A DNA stretch of 17,228 nucleotides from an uncultured archaeon (GTDB lineage Archaea > Iainarchaeota > Iainarchaeia > Iainarchaeales > 0-14-0-20-30-16). The DNA lies in the NCBI GenBank assembly GCA_964565725.1, contig CAZMGA010000013.1, forward strand, positions 1 to 17,228, read 5' to 3'. Shown piece by piece: positions 1 to 6,914 of the stretch. The notes beneath the pieces were generated by a model. It had not been told where the DNA came from. It saw only the letters and a list, made by a program, of their open reading frames with translations, and did no database searches. Positions within the stretch are counted from its first letter, which is position 1; every line of letters starts with the position of its first letter. A program made the position numbers and the translations under genes.

Positions 1-387
1 AAAAATTTTACAATTACTTGGGATGCAGAAAAAGATAGAAAAACAAAAGCAATTATAAAATTAAATACCTCTATAGATGAAATTGATTTTGATGAAACTA
101 AATTTACTTGTGTAAAAAATAAAGATACATCTATTATATCTATATTTCAAATGTTGCCAAATGGGGAATATATATATACAACTAATGAAACTCAAATGCA
201 TTTTAAGAAAGAGGGAACAGATATATTTATATGTGTAAAAAATAGGGAAGTTCCTGCGCCAGTAGTAACTCCTGAACCAAAGCCGTTAAAACCATCTGAT
301 GATGGTACTACTCCTACAAGTAATTTTAACTTTAAAAAGTTTTATAATGGATTATTGGAAAAATTATTAAAAAAAAAAGCCCTATAA
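1..387 (+). CDS. C-terminal part of a larger ORF entering from the left edge (frame 1). It has a beta-rich domain of unknown family followed by a Pro/Thr-rich linker. It is probably the upstream part of the SGNH-amidase gene, from which it is separated by a -1 frame change at an A10 tract.
   Basis: Frame 1 has no stop from nt 1 to TAA 385-387; the ORF track lists it only from the Met at 151. The segment VPAPVVTPEPKPLKPSDDGTTPTS looks like an interdomain linker. No family was recognised for the preceding part. Confidence 0.55.
   Translation, partial: KNFTITWDAEKDRKTKAIIKLNTSIDEIDFDETKFTCVKNKDTSIISIFQMLPNGEYIYTTNETQMHFKKEGTDIFICVKNREVPAPVVTPEPKPLKPSDDGTTPTSNFNFKKFYNGLLEKLLKKKAL
369..378 (+). 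repeat. A10 homopolymer lying in the only interval (348-387) where frame 1 and frame 3 are both open
   Basis: Read directly: ...ttatta aaaaaaaaaa gccctataa. In frame 1 it reads L L K K K A L stop. In frame 3 it reads K K K S P I T K... Confidence 0.9.
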
Positions 388-1724
388 CTAAAACAAACAC
401 AATTACAACAGTAAATTCTACTGAAAATTATCTTTTTATTGGAGATTCAATTACTGTTGGTAATTGGTATAAATATTCATCTTTAAATGATGGTGCTAGA
501 TGTGCAATTAGTGGCGCAGAAGCAACAGATATTTTAAAATATTTAGAATCAGACTGTACAACAAGTAATTTAAAATATACTAGCAATTATAATTTCAAAA
601 ACTTTTCTAATTACGAAACAGCAGTAATTCATTTAGGAGTAAATGATTTGAGACATGTAAGCCCTAATGAATTGCAAAATAGAACACAAAACATCATTAA
701 TTTTTTAAACAATAAAGGAATCAAAAAAATTATATTATTAACAACTATACCTACAAAAACATTTGCAAATAGAAACATTAAAATTAAAACATATAATGAC
801 TGGATAAAAACATTAAATGGAAAAAATGGAATAACTGTTGTAGATGCAGCATCTAATTTTTATACTAATTCAAATGTAAATACTAATTATTATATTGATG
901 ATTTACACCCTAACGAATTAGGAAAAAAAGCGATGTCTGAGGCTTTAGATTTATATATTGCAAAATTGTTAGTATATGAAGGCCCCATAGATGAACCGTT
1001 TAATGCTTCTGATGAACCATTTACTTTATTTCTAATGGCTGGAACTAAAACCATTAATAGTTTTTTATCAACTTATTTATTATCTGTTGATGAGGTAATT
1101 AATTTAAAAAATACAATTGATGTGAATGAATTATATCTAAATCATAAATATTTAAGTAAATTAGATAAAAGAACAAGTTATGGTTTTGTAGTTTTACATG
1201 ATGGTGGAGATATTCCTATATGTAAAGATAATAAAGATCAAGAAAATTGCGTAATAAAAAATATAATTTTAGGACAATGGAAAAATAGTGGTTTATCAAG
1301 TCATTACTATATTGGTTGTGATGGAAAAATATTTAAATTAATTTCTGAAAATTATATAGCAATGCATGCAGGTTGTAATAAAGATTATTGTGTAAAAGGA
1401 ATGAATAATGTATCTATAGGAGTAGATTTAAGAAATTGTAGTAGATATACTGAAAATAAATCTTCTTATACGAATGCACAACATAACTCTTTAAATTTAT
1501 TATTAAAAGATATGTACTCACGAGGAATAATAAAAGAAATTGTTGATGAAACTGTAATTGCCCATTTTGAAATTAATAAAAATAAAGGGGATCCAGAAGC
1601 TGGTTTTAATTGGTTAATCATAGATGGTCTTTTAGAGGATCATAGATTATTAAGAGAAAATAATAAAGATACCCCATTTCAAAAAGCTTTAAAAAAAGTT
1701 ATAACAGATACCACATACGCCTAA
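378..1724 (+). CDS. SGNH/GDSL hydrolase domain fused to an N-acetylmuramoyl-L-alanine amidase (Amidase_2/PGRP-AmpD type) domain; putative peptidoglycan-degrading enzyme. It has no start codon of its own upstream of the catalytic blocks. The ORF-track start at 648 is a TTG inside the domain.
   Basis: Frame 3 is open from 348 to 1724. SGNH blocks: LFIGDSITVG (432-461), AISGAEA, HLGVND (GVND at 636-647), DDLHPNELG (897-). Amidase_2 signature over about 1182-1613: GFVVLHDGG, HYYIGCDGKIF, AMHAG, NNVSIGVDL, YTNAQHNSL, IAHFE, KGDPEAGFNW. The H...H...K-x-D-P pattern resembles AmpD/T7-lysozyme Zn ligands. Confidence 0.75.
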   Translation, partial: SPITKTNTITTVNSTENYLFIGDSITVGNWYKYSSLNDGARCAISGAEATDILKYLESDCTTSNLKYTSNYNFKNFSNYETAVIHLGVNDLRHVSPNELQNRTQNIINFLNNKGIKKIILLTTIPTKTFANRNIKIKTYNDWIKTLNGKNGITVVDAASNFYTNSNVNTNYYIDDLHPNELGKKAMSEALDLYIAKLLVYEGPIDEPFNASDEPFTLFLMAGTKTINSFLSTYLLSVDEVINLKNTIDVNELYLNHKYLSKLDKRTSYGFVVLHDGGDIPICKDNKDQENCVIKNIILGQWKNSGLSSHYYIGCDGKIFKLISENYIAMHAGCNKDYCVKGMNNVSIGVDLRNCSRYTENKSSYTNAQHNSLNLLLKDMYSRGIIKEIVDETVIAHFEINKNKGDPEAGFNWLIIDGLLEDHRLLRENNKDTPFQKALKKVITDTTYA

Positions 1725-2426
1725 TTAAAGAAACATATGTGCTAAAAAAAACTTTAAATTGTTATCACAAATATTATATGTTAAATAGAATGGATATTTT
1801 GAACTCAATCTAATTTCTAAAGAATTATCTAAAGGACAATTTTTTAACATGTTAACTAAGTGTGAAGAAGAAAACTTTGCTTTAAAAATTTCTTTATTTT
1901 TAATATTTAATTTTGTATTATATTTTCCATACAAACCATCAGCCAATATATTTAAAGAATCAGATTCACAAGAAAATATAATAGATTCACTTACTACTTT
2001 TGAACAAGAAAAAATATCTTTTAATATTTCAGGATTTTCTTTAATTATTACTGGATAATCTTTAGAATTTAAATCCAAAATTTTATCATCAACTATTTTT
2101 TGAGAAAATGAAAAAGTTCTTGAATATTTGCCATTAATAATAACATCTAAACTTTTGTCTTTTATGTCTAAAAATAATTCTTCATCTGAATTTATTTTAG
2201 ATAAAATTTTATTAAATTCAACAACATTGATTCCAAAAACAGTAGAGGGTAATTCGCCTTCAATTCCTTGTGCAGATAAAAAATATTCTAAATAAATAAT
2301 TTGTGCATTGTCGAAAGCAGTAATTTTAATACCTTCGTCATTAAAATGCACATTGCATTCATCTACAAACAAAGAAATTTGCTCTAGAGATTTTTTAAAA
2401 GCATCGTTATTTTTGATTTTAAACAT
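1725..2426 (-). CDS. pcn: PCNA-like sliding clamp, divergent second paralog. The ATG at 2426 is preferred; the alternative GTG at 2435 overlaps the upstream stop.
   Basis: MFKIKNNDAFKKSLEQISLFVDECNVHFNDEGIKITAFDNAQIIYLEYF... aligns by eye with the upstream PCNA and with archaeal PCNA N-termini. The length is typical of PCNA (about 233 aa). The C-terminal ...LKFFLAHMFL compares with the canonical ...FFLAPR. Confidence 0.75.
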   Translation of the reverse strand: MFKIKNNDAFKKSLEQISLFVDECNVHFNDEGIKITAFDNAQIIYLEYFLSAQGIEGELPSTVFGINVVEFNKILSKINSDEELFLDIKDKSLDVIINGKYSRTFSFSQKIVDDKILDLNSKDYPVIIKENPEILKDIFSCSKVVSESIIFSCESDSLNILADGLYGKYNTKLNIKNKEIFKAKFSSSHLVNMLKNCPLDNSLEIRLSSKYPFYLTYNICDNNLKFFLAHMFL

Positions 2427-2431
2427 AGCTC

Positions 2432-3166
2432 TCACTCATAATCTCTAGGGGCTAAGAAAAATTCTATATTTGCATTACCAATAAGATATCTTACTTTCAA
2501 AGGGGCGTTAGTTTTAATATTTAATTCAACATCAGTATCTACAGCACCTTTTAAAATATTTTGCAAATATTCTATAGAAAACATAGCAGTAGCTTCATTT
2601 TTTATATCTTTATCAGAAATTTGTTCTGAATTTAATTCTGTTTTATTTTCTAAATCACCTTGTGGACCTTTTGCGTTTATTTTAAAACTATTTTTATCCA
2701 CATTGAAAAGCAAATATGTTGAAAACAAACTTGCATCTTTTACACCATCTAATAAAGCATTAGATTTTATTTTTAATATGGCATCAAAAGCAATACTAGG
2801 ATTAGGAATTTCATTACTAGATAAATCTAATAAATTTATTGAAAAACTTCTAACATTATCTCCAGATAAAATAACATTTAATCTTTTATCTTTTACTTTT
2901 AATGATAATTTATCATTATTTTTTGCTCTTTTTAAAATACTTAATAATGATGGCAAATTAATACCTAATTTTGTGCTTCCAGAAACATCGAATTTTTCAA
3001 AAACGTCTTTAGGCATATTAAAAGTAACCATTGCAATTTGTGCGGCATCAATTGCTTTTAAGGATACTCCATATTCATTAACTACAAATTCAGCATCTTT
3101 AATCAAATCTACCATTGCATCAATACTTTGTCTAAATAATTTAGCATCAGATAATACTAACTCCAT
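2432..3166 (-). CDS. pcn: DNA polymerase sliding clamp PCNA (canonical-looking paralog)
   Basis: 244 aa. Motifs seen: MELVLSDAKLFRQSIDAMVDLIKDAEFVVNEYGVSLKAIDAAQIAMV, GINLPSLLSILKRA, and the C-terminal IEFFLAPRDYE. An SD-like AGAGGTG (complement of 3172-3178) lies 5 nt upstream of the ATG. Confidence 0.88.
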   Translation of the reverse strand: MELVLSDAKLFRQSIDAMVDLIKDAEFVVNEYGVSLKAIDAAQIAMVTFNMPKDVFEKFDVSGSTKLGINLPSLLSILKRAKNNDKLSLKVKDKRLNVILSGDNVRSFSINLLDLSSNEIPNPSIAFDAILKIKSNALLDGVKDASLFSTYLLFNVDKNSFKINAKGPQGDLENKTELNSEQISDKDIKNEATAMFSIEYLQNILKGAVDTDVELNIKTNAPLKVRYLIGNANIEFFLAPRDYE

Positions 3167-3228
3167 AAATACACCTCTATATAACTAATATAATAAAAGA
3201 GGTAAAGGTTTAAAAAGACAACTTTACT

Positions 3229-4569
3229 CTATTTAAAAAGCTTTTTTATACCTCTTGCAGAAATCAAACCAGTACATGCGGCATTTACTATATCATTAGA
3301 TAAACCAGCCCCATCACCAGCAAAAAATAAATTAGGATATTTTTCAGATTGCAAGTCTTTAGAACAATTAATTCGCATAGCGCTTAATTTAATTTCGGGA
3401 GCATATAATAAAGTATAATTTGAATTTATGCCAGGCATTACTTCATTTAAAGCATCTAAACCTTCAACAATATCTGTTACGATTCTATGTGGTAGTAATA
3501 AAGATATGTCTCCAGGAACTACATCTTTTAATGTAGGTTGTACTAAATTTTTTTCTAATTTAGACCAAGTTGTTCTTCTACCTGCTTTTAAATCTCCTAA
3601 TCTTTGTAATATTGGTTTTCCAGAGCCTAAAAAATTAGCTAAATTTCCTATATATTTGGCATAAGAATTAGAATCTTCTATTGGCTCTGTTAATTTTATT
3701 TTAACTAAAAATGCAAAGTTTGTATTTTCTGATTTTAAATCTCTTAAACTATGTCCATTTACATTAATAAATTTATCATAACTTTCAGAAACAACAAACC
3801 CCTCTGGATTAGTACAAAAAGTTCTTACAAAATCATCATATGTTTTTGTGTAAATATGAAATTTAGGATCATATTGTATATCTGTAATATTTTGAGTTAT
3901 TTCTTTTCTAGTTTCTACCCTTACACCTATATCTACAGGTAAATATATTGTTTCTAAACCAATATCTTTTGCAACCTTATTTAACCATTGAGAGCCAACT
4001 CGTCCTACCGCAAAAATAAAATAATCTGCAAAAAACTCGCCTTTATTTGTTTTTACTCCAATAACTTTTTTATTTTCTAAAATTAATTCTTCAACAGTAG
4101 TTTCTAAATATAATTTTAAACCTTTAGAAATTAAATTCTGCAACATATTATCTATTATCCCCGGCAAATAATCGGAACCAATATGTTTTTGTTTAACTTC
4201 TACAAATCTAATACTATTTTTTATAGCTGTTTCTTTTAATTCTTTCATTCTTTCTATTTTATTAGAATAATCTTCAAACATACCAAAATTAGTAAACGTT
4301 TGGTTTACTTCTTCAATTAATTTATACGCTTCGTCTAAAGGCAAAAAATCAATTAAGGATTTACTCATAAAAGGACTAAAATTTAATTTGCCATCTGAAA
4401 ATAAACCAGCTCCGCCAACACCAAATAACAAATCTTTTTTCGCTCTTTCTTTAGGTGCTTTACCTTTTTCAATAGCAATAACTTCAAAATCTGAATTTAA
4501 TAATTCCTTTGCTGCAAACAATCCGGCAGGTCCCAAACCTATAATAATTACTTTCTTTTTATCATCCAT
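3229..4569 (-). CDS. FAD-dependent oxidoreductase (COG2509-like uncharacterised FAD-dependent dehydrogenase)
   Basis: N-terminal Rossmann dinucleotide motif VIIIGLGPAGLFAA...E, followed by GVGGAGLFSDGKLNFS, and a C-terminal FFAGDGAGLS motif. Confidence 0.7.
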   Translation of the reverse strand: MDDKKKVIIIGLGPAGLFAAKELLNSDFEVIAIEKGKAPKERAKKDLLFGVGGAGLFSDGKLNFSPFMSKSLIDFLPLDEAYKLIEEVNQTFTNFGMFEDYSNKIERMKELKETAIKNSIRFVEVKQKHIGSDYLPGIIDNMLQNLISKGLKLYLETTVEELILENKKVIGVKTNKGEFFADYFIFAVGRVGSQWLNKVAKDIGLETIYLPVDIGVRVETRKEITQNITDIQYDPKFHIYTKTYDDFVRTFCTNPEGFVVSESYDKFINVNGHSLRDLKSENTNFAFLVKIKLTEPIEDSNSYAKYIGNLANFLGSGKPILQRLGDLKAGRRTTWSKLEKNLVQPTLKDVVPGDISLLLPHRIVTDIVEGLDALNEVMPGINSNYTLLYAPEIKLSAMRINCSKDLQSEKYPNLFFAGDGAGLSNDIVNAACTGLISARGIKKLFK

Positions 4570-4613
4570 TATATCCCTTTTAATATAGCTACAACATGTT
4601 TATAAACCTAATT

Positions 4614-6026
4614 TTACCTTTTAATTTTAAAATTAATTTGAGACAAAATATTTGGTATAAATAATTTTATTTCTTTCATTTCTTCCGTTAATTTAAATTC
4701 GGAAACCTCTTTTCTAACATCCCTTAATTTAGGAACCCAATAAAAATAAGCTACGCTTCTAAAAATAAAACTTATCAAAAATGTAAACAATAATGGTCCT
4801 AAAATCCAAAATGAAAAATTAATATTAGATATTATTCCTCCCAATAAAGATCCAAAAAATAAACCTAAAACAGCAAATATATTTTTATAAGTTACAATGA
4901 TTGCTAACTTATCTCTTGATACAGCCTCATACACAAAATTAGTAGAACTTAAAATTAAGCCAGCATATAATAAATCACCTAAAAAAGTAATTATTAAAAT
5001 ATAAATTAATAAAAATAAATTTCCAAATTGTTTAAAAAATATTGTTAAAAACCAAAAGAAAGGAATTAAAGGTAATAATCTAGAAACAAATTTTATTATT
5101 TCTATATTTCCATGTTTGTCTCCCAATCTACCCCAAAATGGCATAAAAATATAATAGCTACCTACACTCACAATTAGATAAAAAGTATACCACAAATAAT
5201 TGAAATTTAAATCTTTTAATAAATAAACAGAATAAAATGGAGATGCAATATTTATTGCAAAAATTATAAACGCATAAAATAAAATAAATCTACCAAAGTT
5301 ATATTTAGGACATTTTTTTATAAACATAAATAAACTAAAATAATTTTCTTTACTGGCGCTAAATCTTGGTTCATATTGTTTTCTAATTAATAATGCAGAA
5401 ATAAATCTCGCAATAAATGAAAAACCAAATAAAAATATGTAAGCAATAAAAACATTTGTTTGTTTAAAAAAGTCTAAGAAAAATCCAGCTATTAACATAG
5501 TTAAAATTACTACTATGCCTATAATTCTATTTCTCCTTCCAAAAAAATCTCCTTTATTTACAAAGGGTAATAAATCATTCATCCATGAAGACCAAATTGG
5601 ATTTATAGAATGTCCTGAAATTAATAAAAAAGTATATAATATTATTAAGTAAACTGGTCCCAAAGATAGATCTTTTTTTAAAAGCAAATATGCTAAAGCT
5701 AAACACATTATTGCTAGCCATAATATAGATTGAATCAATATTCCTAAAAAAACTATTTGTCGTCTATTTTTATTTACCAAAGCTTTAATAGCAAACAATT
5801 GAGAAAAATTACCTAATAATTCCGGCAAAGATTTTAATAATCCTATATGAACATTATTGGCGCCCAAATCTAAAGCAAAAGCCGTAATATAACTTAAACC
5901 AAAGCCTTCACTAACCCCGTAAAATGCTCCTTCTTTAACGCTTGTTTTTCTACCCTTTGCTCTTTTTACAGATTGTTTATTTTCTATTTTATCCACAATA
6001 GTTTTTAATGGCATAAAATCACACAA
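4614..6026 (-). CDS. Polytopic membrane transporter, MFS-like. Alternative ATG at 6014.
   Basis: 470 aa with about 12 hydrophobic segments. The N-terminal region SVKEGAFYGVSEGFGLSYITAFALDLGANNVHIGLLKSLPELLGNFSQLF resembles archaeal/CPR MFS proteins. It overlaps the upstream gene by 8 nt. Confidence 0.55.
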   Translation of the reverse strand: MCDFMPLKTIVDKIENKQSVKRAKGRKTSVKEGAFYGVSEGFGLSYITAFALDLGANNVHIGLLKSLPELLGNFSQLFAIKALVNKNRRQIVFLGILIQSILWLAIMCLALAYLLLKKDLSLGPVYLIILYTFLLISGHSINPIWSSWMNDLLPFVNKGDFFGRRNRIIGIVVILTMLIAGFFLDFFKQTNVFIAYIFLFGFSFIARFISALLIRKQYEPRFSASKENYFSLFMFIKKCPKYNFGRFILFYAFIIFAINIASPFYSVYLLKDLNFNYLWYTFYLIVSVGSYYIFMPFWGRLGDKHGNIEIIKFVSRLLPLIPFFWFLTIFFKQFGNLFLLIYILIITFLGDLLYAGLILSSTNFVYEAVSRDKLAIIVTYKNIFAVLGLFFGSLLGGIISNINFSFWILGPLLFTFLISFIFRSVAYFYWVPKLRDVRKEVSEFKLTEEMKEIKLFIPNILSQINFKIKR

Positions 6027-6492
6027 AAATTATATTTACAAAAAAACCTACAAAATATGTAATTATTATTACTAATATTGCAATACTTATATGTTCAAAA
6101 ATTGCATGAATTACGTTTTCTTTATTATTTTTAGCTACAAAAAAACTAAAAATACTTAATAGTAATAAACCCAAAATTATATTTATTATAACTCCTATTT
6201 TTAAATTAAAAATTATTATAGGTCCTATAAATAAAATAGCTACAAAAAATTTTGCCAAAAAGGTATATAAAGTAGAAAACCAAATTTGTTTTTTATTTTT
6301 TTGTGAAAACTCTTGAGAAATATGAATACCTAAGGAGTCAGACATAGCATCAGCTATAGCTATAGTGATAATTCCCCCAATAACTGCTAATTTAGAATTA
6401 GTAGCAACATCTAAGCCTACAATTAAACCCAAAGTAGTTATTATTGCCGAAGTAATTCCAAAACCTAAACCTGTTTTTAAAGCATCATTCAT
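6019..6492 (-). CDS. Small integral membrane protein, VIT1/CCC1-like (short archaeal form)
   Basis: 157 aa with 4-5 TM segments. GLGFGITSAIITTLGLIVGL and IADAMSDSLGIHISQE resemble VIT-family motifs. Recognition is by eye only. Confidence 0.45.
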   Translation of the reverse strand: MNDALKTGLGFGITSAIITTLGLIVGLDVATNSKLAVIGGIITIAIADAMSDSLGIHISQEFSQKNKKQIWFSTLYTFLAKFFVAILFIGPIIIFNLKIGVIINIILGLLLLSIFSFFVAKNNKENVIHAIFEHISIAILVIIITYFVGFFVNIIFV

Positions 6493-6605
6493 TATATAAA
6501 AACAACTTAAAGCATATAAATCATAACTAATTCTGTTTAAGAAAAGACCTTATAAATGTTTTCTTGCCTATTATATATTATCTAATTATTATTTTTATAT
6601 TAATT

Positions 6606-6611
6606 GAGGTG
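6606..6611 (+). promoter_or_regulatory. Shine-Dalgarno-like GAGGTG, 5 nt upstream of the eL33 ATG
   Basis: Sequence attGAGGTGttataATG is complementary to the conserved 16S rRNA 3' end (CACCUCC). Confidence 0.5.
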
Positions 6612-6616
6612 TTATA

Positions 6617-6880
6617 ATGGTTGAAATTAAAGGAATTATAAAAAATTATAGATTAGGAGTAAATACTCAAAAAACAAATCAATACGTAATTATTATTGAA
6701 GGTTATGATAAAGCTAAATCTTCAGCTTTAATTGGGAAAAGTGCAATTTGGACTACTCCTTCAGGTAAAGAAATAGTAGGTAAAGTTACAGGCGTGCACG
6801 GAAATAAAGGTGCAATAAAAGTTAGATTTGATAAAGGTTTACCAGGCCAAGCAATAGGTACTGATATTTTAATTAAATAA
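6617..6880 (+). CDS. rpl35ae: 50S ribosomal protein L35Ae (eL33)
   Basis: 87 aa. Motifs seen: YRLGVNTQ..NQ..I..EG, GK...W.T.SGK...GKV...HGNKGAIKVRFDKGLPGQAIG. These are typical of archaeal L35Ae. Confidence 0.88.
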   Translation: MVEIKGIIKNYRLGVNTQKTNQYVIIIEGYDKAKSSALIGKSAIWTTPSGKEIVGKVTGVHGNKGAIKVRFDKGLPGQAIGTDILIK

Positions 6881-6914
6881 AAGCTATTGCTTTTATTTCT
6901 TATTTTAGATTTTT

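Noticed and set aside
648-1724. ORF-track start (M at 648) for the amidase gene
   Set aside because: The codon at 648 is TTG, encoding the Leu of the SGNH block III context GVND-L. Starting there would delete blocks I-III of a clearly intact SGNH domain encoded in the same frame upstream. I therefore extended the coding region to the A10 tract.
1849-2058. 69-aa plus-strand ORF
   Set aside because: It is antisense to the PCNA-B coding region and has low-complexity F/L/I/S composition, typical of shadow ORFs in AT-rich DNA.
2703-3188. 161-aa plus-strand ORF
   Set aside because: It lies entirely antisense to the well-supported PCNA gene, with no recognisable motifs. It is a shadow ORF.
3428-4588. 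Three plus-strand ORFs (3428-3664, 3751-3942, 4388-4588)
   Set aside because: All are antisense to the FAD-dependent oxidoreductase gene, which has clear Rossmann and FAD motifs. No independent support exists.
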